From Eledone cirrhosa (lineage: Eukaryota), in NCBI GenBank assembly GCA_964016885.1, contig OZ024744.1:99944001-100008000 (forward strand): a DNA stretch of 64,000 bases, read 5' to 3'. The translations under genes and the position numbers were made by a program. The notes under the pieces are model-generated. The model searched no databases and was not told where the DNA came from. It worked only from the letters and a program-made list of their open reading frames with translations. Of this stretch, positions 11,225-25,289 are shown one piece after another. The first letter of the stretch is position 1. Each line of letters starts with the position of its first letter.

Positions 11225-13135
11225 ATGGTGGTAGCTGTAGCACTGTAAAACAGGGTGGTGGGCATGGTTGGAGAGCTGTAAAGAAACAGTAGAAGGTGGG
11301 AGTTGTAGCACTGTAAAACAGGGTGGTGGGCATGGTTGGAGAGCTGTAAAGAAACAATAGATGGTGGTAGTTGTAGCACTGTAACACAGGGTGGTGGGCA
11401 TGGTTGGAGAGCTGTAAAGAAACAGTAGATGGTGGTAGTTGTAGCACTGTAAAACATGGTGGTGGGCATGGTTGAAGAGCTGTAAAGAAACAGTAGATGG
11501 TGGTAGTTGTAGCACTGTAAAACAGGGTGGTGGGCATGGTTGGAGAGCTGTAAAGAAACAATAGAAGGTGGTAGTTGTAGCACTGGAAAACAGGGTGGTG
11601 GGTATGGTTGGAGAGCTGTAAAGATACAATAGAAGGTGGTAGTTGTAGCACTGTATAACATGGTGGTGGGCATGGTTGAAGAGCTGTAAAGAAACAATAG
11701 AAGGTGGTAGTTGTAGCACTGTAAAACAGGGTGGTGGGCATGGTTGGAGAGCTGTAAAGAAACAATAGATGGTGGGAGTTGTAGCACTGTAAATCAGGGT
11801 GGTGGGCATGGTTGGAGAGCTGTAAAGAAACAATAGATGGTGGTAGTTGTAGCACTGTAAAACAGGGTGGTGGGCATGGTTGGAGAGCTGTAAAGAGACA
11901 ATAGATGGTGGGAGTTGTAGCACTGTAAAACAGGGTGATGGGCATGGTTCGAGAGCTGTAAAGAGACAATAGATGGTGGGAGTTGTAGCACTGTAAAACA
12001 TGGTGGTGGGCATGGTTGGAGAGCTGTAAAGAAACAGTAGAAGGTGGTAGTTGTAGCACTGTAAAACAAGGTGGTGCGCATGTTTGGAGAGCTGTAAAGA
12101 AACAATAGATGGTGGTAGTTGTAGCACTGTAAAACAGGGTGGTGAGCATGGTTGGAGAGCTGTAAAGAGACAATAGATGGTGGTAGCTGTAGCACTGTAA
12201 AACAGGGTGGTGGGCATGGTTGGAGAGCTGTAAAGAAACAGTAGAAGGTGGGAGTTGTAGCACTGTAAAACAGGGTGGTGGGCATGGTTGGAGAGCTGTA
12301 AAGAAACAATAGATGGTGGTAGTTGTAGCACTGTAACACAGGGTGGTGGGCATGGTTGGAGAGCTGTAAAGAAACAGTAGATGGTGGTAGTTGTAGCACT
12401 GTAAAACATGGTGGTGGGCATGGTTGAAGAGCTGTAAAGAAACAGTAGATGGTGGTAGTTGTAGCACTGTAAAACAGGGTGGTGGGCATGGTTGGAGAGC
12501 TGTAAAGAAACAATAGAAGGTGGTAGTTGTAGCACTGGAAAACAGGGTGGTGGGCATGGTTGGAGAGCTGTAAAGATACAATAGAAGGTGGTAGTTGTAG
12601 CACTGTATAACATGGTGGTGGGCATGGTTGAAGAGCTGTAAAGAAACAATAGAAGGTGGTAGTTGTAGCACTGTAAAACAGGGTGGTGGGCATGGTTGGA
12701 GAGCTGTAAAGAAACAATAGATGGTGGGAGTTGTAGCACTGTAAATCAGGGTGGTGGGCATGGTTGGAGAGCTGTAAAGAAACAATAGATGGTGGTAGTT
12801 GTAGCACTGTAAAACAGGGTGGTGGGCATGGTTGGAGAGCTGTAAAGAGACAATAGATGGTGGGAGTTGTAGCACTGTAAAACAGGGTGATGGGCATGGT
12901 TCGAGAGCTGTAAAGAGACAATAGATGGTGGGAGTTGTAGCACTGTAAAACATGGTGGTGGGCATGGTTGGAGAGCTGTAAAGAAACAGTAGAAGGTGGT
13001 AGTTGTAGCACTGTAAAACAAGGTGGTGCGCATGTTTGGAGAGCTGTAAAGAAACAATAGATGGTGGTAGTTGTAGCACTGTAAAACAGGGTGGTGAGCA
13101 TGGTTGGAGAGCTGTAAAGAGACAATAGATGGTGG
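11225..13135. repeat. Near-exact tandem duplication of a 14-monomer block (period 952 bp)
   Basis: gtagctgtag 11231/12183, TCA variant 11794/12746 and ggtgagcatg 12141/13093 are all offset by 952 = 14 x 68. One difference noticed (ggtatgg near 11601). Confidence 0.88.
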
Positions 13136-16100
13136 TAGTTGTAGCAGTGTAAAACAGGGTGGTGGGCATGGTTGGAGAGCTGTAAAGAAACAATAGATGG
13201 TGGTAGTTGTAGTACTGTAAACCAGGGTGGTGGGCATGGTTGGAGAGCTGTAAAGAGACAGTAGAAGGTGGTAGTTGTAGCACTGTAAAACATGGTGGTG
13301 GGCATGGTTGGAGAGCTGTAAAGAGACAATAGATGGTGGTAGTTGAAGCACTGTAAAACAGGGTGGTCGGCATGGTTGGAGAGCTGTAAAGATAACAATA
13401 GATGGTGGTAGTTGTAGCACTGTAAAACAGGGTGGTGGGCATGGTTGGAGAGCTGTAAAGAGACAGTAGAAGGTGGGAGTTGTAGCACTGTAAGACAGGG
13501 TTGTGGGCATGGTTGGAGAGCTGTAAAGAAACAATAGATGGTGGTAGTTGTAGCACTGTAAAACAGGGTGGTGGGCATGGTTGGAGAGCTGTAAAGAAAC
13601 AGTAGATGGTGGTAGTTGTAGCACTGTAAAACAGGGTGGTGGGCATGGTTGGAGAGCTGTAAAGAAACAATAGAAGGTGGGAGTTGTAGCACTGTAAAAC
13701 AGGGTGGTGGGCATGGTTGGAGAGCTGTAAAGAGACAATAGATGGTGGTAGTTGTAGTACTGTAAACCAGGGTGGTGGGCATGGTTGGAGAGCTGTAAAG
13801 AGACAGTAGAAGGTGGTAGTTGTAGCACTGTAAAACATGCTGGTGGGCATGGTTTGAGAGCTGTAAAGAGACAATAGATGGTGGTAGTCGAAGCACTGTA
13901 AAACAGGGTGGTGGGCATGGTTGGAGAGCTGTAAAGATAACAATAGATGGTGGTAGTTGTAGCACTGTAAAACAGGGTGGTGGGCATGGTTGGAGAGCTG
14001 TAAAGAGACAGTAGAAGGTGGGAGTTGTAGCACTGTAAGACAGGGTGGTGGGCATGGTTGGAGAGCTGTAAAGAAACAATAGATGGTGGTAGTTGTAGCA
14101 CTGTAAAACAGGGTGCTGGGCATGGTTGGAGAGCTGTAAAGAAACAGTAGATGGTGGTAGTTGTAGCACTGTAAAACAGGGTGGTGGGCATGGTTGGAGA
14201 GCTGTAAAGAAACAATAGAAGGTGGGAGTTGTAGCACTGTAAAACAGGGTGGTGGGCATTGTTGGAGAGCTGTAAAGAGACAATAGATGGTGGTAGCTGT
14301 AGCACTGTAAAACAGGGTGGTGGGCATGGTTCGAGAGCTGTAAAGAGACAATAGAAGGTGGTAGTTGTAGCACTGTAAAACAGGGTGGTGGGCATGGTTG
14401 GAGAGCTGTAAAGAGACAATAGATGGTGGTAGTTGTAGCACTGTAAAACAGGGTGGTGGGCATGGTTGGAGAGCTGTAAAGAGACAATAGATGGTGGGAG
14501 TTGTAGCACTGTAAAACAGGGCGGTGGGCATGGTTGGAGAGCTGTAAAGAAACAGTAGAAGGTGGTAGTTGTAGCACTGTAAAACAGGGTGGTGGGCATG
14601 GTTGGAGAGCTGTAAAGAGACAATAGATGGTGGGAGTTGTAGCAGTGTAAAACATGGTGGTGGGCATGGTTGGAGAGCTGTAAAGAGACAATAGATGGTG
14701 GTAGTTGTAGCAGTGTAAAACAGGGTGGTGGGCATGGTTGGAGAGCTGTAAAGAGACAATAGATGGTGGTAGTTGTAGCACTGTAAAACAGGGTGGTGGG
14801 CATGGTTGGAGAGCTGTAAAGAAACAATAGATGGTGGTAGTTGTAGCACTGTAAAACAGGGTGGTGGGCATGGTTGGAGAGCTGTAAAGAGACAATAGAT
14901 GGTGGTAGTTGTAGCACTGTAAAACAGGGTGGTGGGCATGGTTGGAGAGCTGTAAAGAGACAATAGATGGTGGGAGTTGTAGCACTGTAAAACATGGTGG
15001 TGGGCATGGTTGAAGAGCTGTAAAGAAACAATAGAAGGTGGTAGTTGTAGCACTGTAAAACAGGGTGGTGGGCATGGTTGGAGAGCTGTAAAGAAACAAT
15101 AGATGGTGGGAGTTGTAGCACTGTAAATCAGGGTGGTGGGCATGGTTGGAGAGCTGTAAAGAAACAATAGATGGTGGTAGTTGTAGCACTGTAAAACAGG
15201 GTGGTGGGCATGGTTGGAGAGCTGTAAAGAGACAATAGATGGTGGGAGTTGTAGCACTGTAAAACAGGGTGATGGGCATGGTTCGAGAGCTGTAAAGAGA
15301 CAATAGATGGTGGGAGTTGTAGCACTGTAAAACATGGTGGTGGGCATGGTTGGAGAGCTGTAAAGAAACAGTAGAAGGTGGTAGTTGTAGCACTGTAAAA
15401 CAAGGTGGTGCGCATGTTTGGAGAGCTGTAAAGAAACAATAGATGGTGGTAGTTGTAGCACTGTAAAACAGGGTGGTGAGCATGGTTGGAGAGCTGTAAA
15501 GAGACAATAGATGGTGGTAGTTGTAGCAGTGTAAAACAGGGTGGTGGGCATGGTTGGAGAGCTGTAAAGAAACAATAGATGGTGGTAGTTGTAGTACTGT
15601 AAACCAGGGTGGTGGGCATGGTTGGAGAGCTGTAAAGAGACAGTAGAAGGTGGTAGTTGTAGCACTGTAAAACATGGTGGTGGGCATGGTTGGAGAGCTG
15701 TAAAGAGACAATAGATGTTGGTAGTTGAAGCACTGTAAAACAGGGTGGTCGGCATGGTTGGAGAGCTGTAAAGATAACAATAGATGGTGGTAGTTGTAGC
15801 ACTGTAAAACAGGGTGGTGGGCATGGTTGGAGAGCTGTAAAGAGACAGTAGAAGGTGGGAGTTGTAGCACTGTAAGACAGGGTTGTGGGCATGGTTGGAG
15901 AGCTGTAAAGAAACAATAGATGGTGGTAGTTGTAGCACTGTAAAACAGGGTGGTGGGCATGGTTGGAGAGCTGTAAAGAAACAGTAGATGGTGGTAGTTG
16001 TAGCACTGTAAAACAGGGTGGTGGGCATGGTTGGAGAGCTGTAAAGAAACAATAGAAGGTGGGAGTTGTAGCACTGTAAAACAGGGTGGTGGGCATGGTT

Positions 16101-19100
16101 GGAGAGCTGTAAAGAGACGATAGAAGGTGGTAGTTGTAGCACTGTAAAACAGGGTGGTGGGCATGGTTGGAGAGCTGTAAAGAAACAATAGGTGGTAGTT
16201 GTAGCACTGTAAAACAGGGTGGTGGGCATGGTTGGAGAGCTGTAAAGAAACAATAGATGGTGGTAGTTGTAGCACTGTAAAACAGGGTGGTGGGCATGGT
16301 TGGAGAGCTGTAAAGAGACAGTAGAAGGTGGGAGTTGTAGCACTGTAAGACAGGGTGGTGGGCATGGTTGGAGAGCTGTAAAGAAACAATAGATGGTGGT
16401 AGTTGTAGCACTGTAAAACAGGGTGCTGGGCATGGTTGGAGAGCTGTAAAGAAACAGTAGATGGTGGTAGTTGTAGCACTGTAAAACAGGGTGGTGGGCA
16501 TGGTTGGAGAGCTGTAAAGAAACAATAGAAGGTGGGAGTTGTAGCACTGTAAAACAGGGTGGTGGGCATTGTTGGAGAGCTGTAAAGAGACAATAGATGG
16601 TGGTAGCTGTAGCACTGTAAAACAGGGTGGTGGGCATGGTTCGAGAGCTGTAAAGAGACAATAGAAGGTGGTAGTTGTAGCACTGTAAAACAGGGTGGTG
16701 GGCATGGTTGGAGAGCTGTAAAGAGACAATAGATGGTGGTAGTTGTAGCACTGTAAAACAGGGTGGTGGGCATGGTTGGAGAGCTGTAAAGAGACAATAG
16801 ATGGTGGGAGTTGTAGCACTGTAAAACAGGGCGGTGGGCATGGTTGGAGAGCTGTAAAGAAACAGTAGAAGGTGGTAGTTGTAGCACTGTAAAACAGGGT
16901 GGTGGGCATGGTTGGAGAGCTGTAAAGAGACAATAGATGGTGGGAGTTGTAGCAGTGTAAAACATGGTGGTGGGCATGGTTGGAGAGCTGTAAAGAGACA
17001 ATAGATGGTGGTAGTTGTAGCAGTGTAAAACAGGGTGGTGGGCATGGTTGGAGAGCTGTAAAGAGACAATAGATGGTGGTAGTTGTAGCACTGTAAAACA
17101 GGGTGGTGGGCATGGTTGGAGAGCTGTAAAGAAACAATAGATGGTGGTAGTTGTAGCACTGTAAAACAGGGTGGTGGGCATGGTTGGAGAGCTGTAAAGA
17201 GACAATAGATGGTGGTAGTTGTAGCACTGTAAAACAGGGTGGTGGGCATGGTTGGAGAGCTGTAAAGAGACAATAGATGGTGGGAGTTGTAGCACTGTAA
17301 AACAGGGTGGTGGGCATGGTTGGAGAGCTGTAAAGAAACAGTAGAAGGTGGTAGTTGTTGCACTGTAAAACAGGATGGTGGGCATGGTTGCAGAGCTGTA
17401 AAGAGACAATAGATGATGGTAGTTGTAGCACTGTAAAACAGGGTGGTGGGCATGGTTGGAGAGCTGTAAAGAGACAATAGATGGTGGTAGTTGTAGCACT
17501 GTAAAACAGGGTGGTGGGCATCGTTGGAGAGCTGTAAAGAAACAATAGATGGTGGTAGTTGTAGCACTGTAAAACAGGGTGGTGGGTATGGTTGGAGAGC
17601 TGTAAAGAAACAATTGATGATGGTAGTTGTAGCACTGTAAAACAGGGTGGTGGGCATGGTTGGAGAGCTGTAAAGAGACAATAGAAGGTGGTAGTTGTAG
17701 CACTGTAAAACAGGGTGGTGGGCATGGTTGGTGAGCTGTAAAGAAACAGTAGATGGTGGTAGTTGTAGCACTGTAAAACAGGGTGGTGGGCATGGTTGGA
17801 GAGCTGTAAAGAAACAATAGATGGTGGTAGTTGTAGCTCTGTAAAACAGGGTGGTGGGCATGGTTGGAGAGCTGTAAAGAGACAGTAGATGGTGGTAGTT
17901 GTAGCACTGTAAAACAGGGTGGTGGGCATGGTTGGAGAGCTGTAAAGAGACAGTAGATGGTGGTAGTTGTAGCACTGTAAAACAGGGTGGTGGGCATGGT
18001 TGAAGAGCTGTAAAGAAACAGTAGATGGTGGTAGTTGTAGCACTGTAAAACAGGGTGGTGGGCATGGTTGGAGAGCTGTAAAGAAACAGTAGAAGGTGGT
18101 AGTTGTAGCACTGTAAAACAGGGTGGTGGGCATGGTTGGAGAGCTGTAAAGAGACAATAGAGCGTGGGAGTTGTAGCACTGTAAAACAGGGTGGTGGGCA
18201 TGGTTGGAGAGCTGTAAAGAAACAGTAGAAGGTGGGAGTTGTAGCACTGTAAAACAGGGTGGTGGGCATGGTTGGAGAGCTGTAAAGAAACAATAGATGG
18301 TGGTAGTTGTAGCACTGAACACAGGGTGGTGGGCATGGTTGGAGAGCTGTAAAGAAACAGTAGATGGTGGTAGTTGTAGCACTGTAAAACATGGTGGTGG
18401 GCATGGTTGAAGAGCTGTAAAGAAACAGTAGATGGTGGTAGTTGTAGCACTGTAAAACAGGGTGGTGGGCATGGTTGGAGAGCTGTAAAGAAACAATAGA
18501 ATGTGGTAGTTGTAGCACTGGAAAACAGGGTGGTGGGCATGGTTGGAGAGCTGTAAAGAAACAGTAGATGGTGGTAGTTGTAGCACTGTAAAACAGGGTG
18601 GTGGGCATGGTTGGAGAGCTGTAAAGAAACAATAGATGGTGGGAGTTGTAGCACTGTAAATCAGGGTGGTGGGCATGGTTGGAGAGCTGTAAAGAAACAA
18701 TAGATGGTGGTAGTTGTAGCACTGTAAAACAGGGTGGTGGGCATGGTTGGAGAGCTGTAAAGAGACAATAGATGGTGGGAGTTGTAGCACTGTAAAACAG
18801 GGTGATGGGCATGGTTCGAGAGCTGTAAAGAGACAATAGATGGTGGGAGTTGTAGCACTGTAAAACATGGTGGTGGGCATGGTTGGAGAGCTGTAAAGAA
18901 ACAGTAGAAGGTGGTAGTTGTAGCACTGTAAAACAAGGTGGTGCGCATGTTTGGAGAGCTGTAAAGAAACAATAGATGGTGGTAGTTGTAGCACTGTAAA
19001 ACAGGGTGGTGAGCATGGTTGGAGAGCTGTAAAGAGACAATAGATGGTGGTAGTTGTAGCAGTGTAAAACAGGGTGGTGGGCATGGTTGGAGAGCTGTAA

Positions 19101-22100
19101 AGAAACAATAGATAGTGGTAGTTGTAGTACTGTAAACCAGGGTGGTGGGCATGGTTGGAGAGCTGTAAAGAGACAGTAGAAGGTGGTAGTTGTAGCACTG
19201 TAAAACATGGTGGTGGGCATGGTTGGAGAGCTGTAAAGAGACAATAGATGGTGGTAGTTGAAGCACTGTAAAACAGGGTGGTCGGCATGGTTGGAGAGCT
19301 GTAAAGATAACAATAGATGGTGGTAGTTGTAGCACTGTAAAACAGGGTGGTGGGCATGGTTGGAGAGCTGTAAAGAGACAGTAGAAGGTGGGAGTTGTAG
19401 CACTGTAAGACAGGGTTGTGGGCATGGTTGGAGAGCTGTAAAGAAACAATAGATGGTGGTAGTTGTAGCACTGTAAAACAGGGTGGTGGGCATGGTTGGA
19501 GAGCTGTAAAGAAACAGTAGATGGTGGTAGTTGTAGCACTGTAAAACAGGGTGGTGGGCATGGTTGGAGAGCTGTAAAGAAACAATAGAAGGTGGGAGTT
19601 GTAGCACTGTAAAACAGGGTGGTGGGCATGGTTGGAGAGCTGTAAAGAGACGATAGAAGGTGGTAGTTGTAGCACTGTAAAACAGGGTGGTGGGCATGGT
19701 TGGAGAGCTGTAAAGAAACAATAGGTGGTAGTTGTAGCACTGTAAAACAGGGTGGTGGGCATGGTTGGAGAGCTGTAAAGAAACAATAGATGGTGGTAGT
19801 TGTAGCACTGTAAAACAGGGTGGTGGGCATGGTTGGAGAGCTGTAAAGAAACAGTAGATGGTGGTAGTTGTAGTACTGTAAAACATGGTGGTGGGCATGG
19901 TTGGAGAGCTGTGAAGAAACAGTAGATGGTGGTAGTTGTAGCACTGTAAAACAGGGTGGTGGGCATGGTTGAAGAGCTGTAAAGAAACAGTAGATGGTGG
20001 TAGTTGTAGCACTGTAAAACAGGGTGGTGGGCATGGTTGGAGAGCTGTAAAGAAATAATAGAAGGTGGTAGTTGTAGCACTGTAAAGCAGGGTGGTGGGC
20101 ATGGTTGGAGAGCTGTAAAGAGACAATAGATGGTGGTAGTTGTAGTACTGTAAACCAGGGTGGTGGGCATGGTTGGAGAGCTGTAAAGAGACAGTAGAAG
20201 GTGGTAGTTGTAGCACTGTAAAACAGGCTGGTGGGCATGGTTTGAGAGCTGTAAAGTGACAATAGATGGTGGTAGTCGAAGCACTGTAAAACAGGGTGGT
20301 GGGCATGGTTGGAGAGCTGTAAAGATAACAATAGATGGTGGTAGTTGTAGCACTGTAAAACAGGGTGGTGGGCATGGTTGGAGAGCTGTAAATAGACAGT
20401 AGAAGGTGGGAGTTGTAGCACTGTAAGACAGGGTGGTGGGCATGGTTGGAGAGCTGTAAAGAAACAATAGATGGTGGTAGTTGTAGCACTGTAAAACATG
20501 GTGGTGGGCATGGTTGGAGAGCTGTAAAGAAACAGTAGATGGTGGTAGTTGTAGCACTGTAAAACAGGGTGCTGGGCATGGTTGGAGAGCTGTAAAGAAA
20601 CAGTAGATGGTGGTAGTTGTAGCACTGTAAAACAGGGTGGTGGGCATGGTTGGAGAGCTGTAAAGAAACAATAGAAGGTGGGAGTTGTAGCACTGTAAAA
20701 CAGGGTGGTGGGCATTGTTGGAGAGCTGTAAAGAGACAATAGATGGTGGTAGCTGTAGCACTGTAAAACAGGGTGGTGGGCATGGTTCGAGAGCTGTAAA
20801 GAGACAATAGAAGGTGGTAGTTGTAGCACTGTAAAACAGGGTGGTGGGCATGGTTGGAGAGCTGTAAAGAGACAATAGATGGTGGTAGTTGTAGCACTGT
20901 AAAACAGGGTGGTGGGCATGGTTGGAGAGCTGTAAAGAGACAATAGATGGTGGGAGTTGTAGCACTGTAAAACAGGGCGGTGGGCATGGTTGGAGAGCTG
21001 TAAAGAAACAGTAGAAGGTGGTAGTTGTAGCACTGTAAAACAGGGTGGTGGGCATGGTTGGAGAGCTGTAAAGAGACAATAGATGGTGGGAGTTGTAGCA
21101 GTGTAAAACATGGTGGTGGGCATGGTTGGAGAGCTGTAAAGAGACAATAGATGGTGGTAGTTGTAGCAGTGTAAAACAGGGTGGTGGGCATGGTTGGAGA
21201 GCTGTAAAGAGACAATAGATGGTGGTAGTTGTAGCACTGTAAAACAGGGTGGTGGGCATGGTTGGAGAGCTGTAAAGAAACAATAGATGGTGGTAGTTGT
21301 AGCACTGTAAAACAGGGTGGTGGGCATCGTTGGAGAGCTGTAAAGAGACAATAGATGGTGATAGTTGTAGCACTGTAAAACAGGGTGGTGGGCATGGTTG
21401 GAGAGCTGTAAAGAGACAATAGATGGTGGGAGTTGTAGCACTGTAAAACAGGGTGGTGGGCATGGTTGGAGAGCTGTAAAGAAACAGTAGAAGGTGGTAG
21501 TTGTTGCACTGTAAAACAGGATGGTGGGCATGGTTGCAGAGCTGTAAAGAGACAATAGATGATGGTAGTTGTAGCACTGTAAAACAGGGTGGTGGGCATG
21601 GTTGGAGAGCTGTAAAGAGACAGTAGATGGTGGTAGTTGTAGCACTGTAAAACAGGGTGGTGGGCATGGTTGGAGAGCTGTAAAGAGACAGTAGATGGTG
21701 GTAGTTGTAGCACTGTAAAACAGGGTGGTGGGCATGGTTGAAGAGCTGTAAAGAAACAGTAGATGGTGGTAGTTGTAGCACTGTAAAACAGGGTGGTGGG
21801 CATGGTTGGAGAGCTGTAAAGAAACAGTAGAAGGTGGTAGTTGTAGCACTGTAAAACAGGGTGGTGGGCATGGTTGGAGAGCTGTAAAGAAACAATAGAT
21901 GGTGGTAGTTGTAGCACTGTAACACAGGGTGGTGGGCATGGTTGGAGAGCTGTAAAGAAACAGTAGATGGTGGTGGTTGTAGCACTGTAAAACATGGTGG
22001 TGGGCATGGTTGAAGAGCTGTAAAGAAACAGTAGATGGTGGTAGTTGTAGCACTGTAAAACAGGGTGGTGGGCATGGTTGGAGAGCTGTAAAGAAACAAT

Positions 22101-22399
22101 AGAAGGTGGTAGTTGTAGCACTGGAAAACAGGGTGGTGGGCATGGTTGGAGAGCTGTAAAGATACAATAGAAGGTGGTAGTTGTAGCACTGTATAACATG
22201 GTGGTGGGCATGGTTGGAGAGCTGTAAAGAAACAATAGAAGGTGGTAGTTGTAGCACTGTAAAACAGGGTGGTGGGCATGGTTGGAGAGCTGTAAAGAAA
22301 CAGTAGATGGTGGTAGTTGTAGCACTGTAAAACAGGGTGGTGGGCATGGTTGGAGAGCTGTAAAGAAACAATAGATGGTGGGAGTTGTAGCACTGTAAA

Positions 22400-24168
22400 T
22401 CAGGGTGGTGGGCATGGTTGGAGAGCTGTAAAGAAACAATAGATGGTGGTAGTTGTAGCACTGTAAAACAGGGTGGTGGGCATGGTTGGAGAGCTGTAAA
22501 GAGACAATAGATGGTGGGAGTTGTAGCACTGTAAAACAGGGTGATGGGCATGGTTCGAGAGCTGTAAAGAGACAATAGATGGTGGGAGTTGTAGCACTGT
22601 AAAACATGGTGGTGGGCATGGTTGGAGAGCTGTAAAGAAACAGTAGAAGGTGGTAGTTGTAGCACTGTAAAACAAGGTGGTGCGCATGGTTGGAGAGCTG
22701 TAAAGAAACAATAGATGGTGGTAGTTGTAGCACTGTAAAACAGGGTGGTGAGCATGGTTGGAGAGCTGTAAAGAGACAATAGATGGTGGTAGTTGTAGCA
22801 GTGTAAAACAGGGTGGTGGGCATTGTTGGAGAGCTGTAAAGAAACAATAGATGGTGGTAGTTGTAGTACTGTAAACCAGGGTGGTGGGCATGGTTGGAGA
22901 GCTGTAAAGAGACAGTAGAAGGTGGTAGTTGTAGCACTGTAAAACATGGTGGTGGGCATGGTTGGAGAGCTGTAAAGAGACAATAGATGGTGGTAGTTGA
23001 AACACTGTAAAACAGGGTGGTGGGCATGGTAGGAGAGCTGTAAAGATAACAATAGATGGTGGTAGTTGTAGCACTGTAAAACAGGGTGGTGGGCATGGTT
23101 GGAGAGCTGTAAAGAGACAGTAGAAGGTGGGAGTTGTAGCACTGTAAGACAGGGTGGTGGGCATGGTTGGAGAGCTGTAAAGAAACAATAGATGGTGGTA
23201 GTTGTAGCACTGTAAAACAGGGTGGTGGGCATGGTTGGAGAGCTGTAAAGAAACAGTAGATGGTGGTAGTTGTAGCACTGTAAAACAGGGTGGTGGGCAT
23301 GGTTGGAGAGCTGTAAAGAAACAATAGAAGGTGGGAGTTGTAGCACTGTAAAACAGGGTGGTGGGCATGGTTGGAGAGCTGTAAAGAGACAATAGATGGT
23401 GGTAGTTGTAGCACTGTAAAACAGGGTGGTGGGCATGGTTCGAGAGCTGTAAAGAGACGATAGAAGGTAGTAGTTGTAGCACTGTAAAACAGGATGGTGG
23501 GCATGGTTGGAGAGCTGTAAAGAGACAATAGATGGTGGTAGTTGTAGCACTGTAAAACAGGGTGGTGGGCATGGTTGGAGAGCTGTAAAGAGACAATAGA
23601 TGGTGGGAGTTGTAGCACTGTAAAACAGGGCGGTGGGCATGGTTGGAGAGCTGTAAAGAAACAGTAGAAGGTGGTAGTTGTAGCACTGTAAAAGAGGGTG
23701 GTGGGCATGGTTGGAGAGCTGTAAAGAGACAATAGATGGTGGTAGTTGTAGCACTGTAAAACAGGGTGGTGGGCATGGTTGGAGAGCTGTAAAGAGACAA
23801 TAGATGGTGGTAGTTGTAGCACTGTAAAACATGGTGGTGGGCATGGTTGGAGAGCTGTAAAGAAACAATAGAAGGTGGTAGTTGTAGCACTGGAAAACAG
23901 GGTGGTGGGCATGGTTGGAGAGCTGTAAAGATACAATAGAAGGTGGTAGTTGTAGCAATGTAAAACATGGTGGTGGGCATGGTTGGAGAACTGTAAAGAA
24001 ACAATAGAAGGTGGTAGTTGTAGCACTGTAAAACAGGGTGGTGGTCATGGTTGGAGAGCTGTAAAGAAACAGTAGATGGTGGTAGTTGTAGCACTGTAAA
24101 ACAGGGTGGTGGGCATGGTTGGAGAGCTGTAAAGAAACAATAGATGGTGGGAGTTGTAGCACTGTAAA
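22400..24168. repeat. Representative complete higher-order repeat unit (26 monomers, 1769 bp)
   Basis: The interval between successive gtaaatcagg monomers is 1769 = 26 x 68 + 1 (one 69-bp gataac monomer). The same 1769-bp spacing occurs at 37227-38996, with the same backbone order of diagnostic variants. Confidence 0.8.
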
Positions 24169-25289
24169 TCAGGGTGGTGGGCATGGTTGGAGAGCTGTAA
24201 AGAAACAATAGAAGGTGGTAGTTGTAGCACTGTAAAACAGGGTGGTGGGCATGGTTGGAGAGCTGTAAAGAGACAATAGATGGTGGGAGTTGTAGCACTG
24301 TAAAACAGGGTGGTGGGCATGGTTGGAGAGCTGTAAAGAGACAATAGATGGTGGGAGTTGTAGCACTGTAAAACATGGTGGTGGGCATGGTTGGAGAGCT
24401 GTAAAGAAACAGTAGAAGGTGGTAGTTGTAGCACTGTAAAACAAGGTGGTGCGCATGGTTGGAGAGCTGTAAAGAAACAATAGATGGTGGTAGTTGTAGC
24501 ACTGTAAAACAGGGTGGTGAGCATGGTTGGAGAGCTGTAAAGAGACAATAGATGGTGGTAGTTGTAGCAGTGTAAAACAGGGTGGTGGGCATGGTTGGAG
24601 AGCTGTAAAGAGACAATAGATGGTGGTAGTTGTAGCAGTGTAAACCAGGGTGGTGGGCATGGTTGGAGAGCTGTAAAGAGACAATAGATGGTGGTAGTTG
24701 TAGCACTGTAAAACATGGTGGTGGGCATGGTTGGAGAGCTGTAAAGAGACAATAGATGGTGGTAGTTGAAGCACTGTAAAACAGGGTGGTGGGCATGGTT
24801 GGAGAGCTGTAAAGATAACAATAGATGGTGGTAGTTGTAGCACTGTAAAACAGGGTGGTGGGCATGGTTGGAGAGCTGTAAAGAGACAGTAGAAGGTGGG
24901 AGTTGTAGCACTGTAAGACAGGGTGGTGGGCATGGTTGGAGAGCTGTAAAGAAACAATAGATGGTGGTAGTTGTAGCACTGTAAAACAGGGTGGTGGGCA
25001 TGGTTGGAGAGCTGTAAAGAAACAGTAGATGGTGGTAGTTGTAGCACTGTAAAAGAGGGTGGTGGGCATGGTTGGAGAGCTGTAAAGAAACAATAGAAGG
25101 TGGGAGTTGTAGCACTGTAAAACAGGGTGGTGGGCATGGTTGGAGAGCTGTAAAGAGACAATAGATGGTGGTAGTTGTAGCACTGTAAAACAGGGTGGTG
25201 GGCATGGTTCGAGAGCTGTAAAGAGACAATAGATGGTGGTAGTTGTAGCACTGTAAAACAGGGTGGTGGGCATGGTTGGAGAGCTGTAA

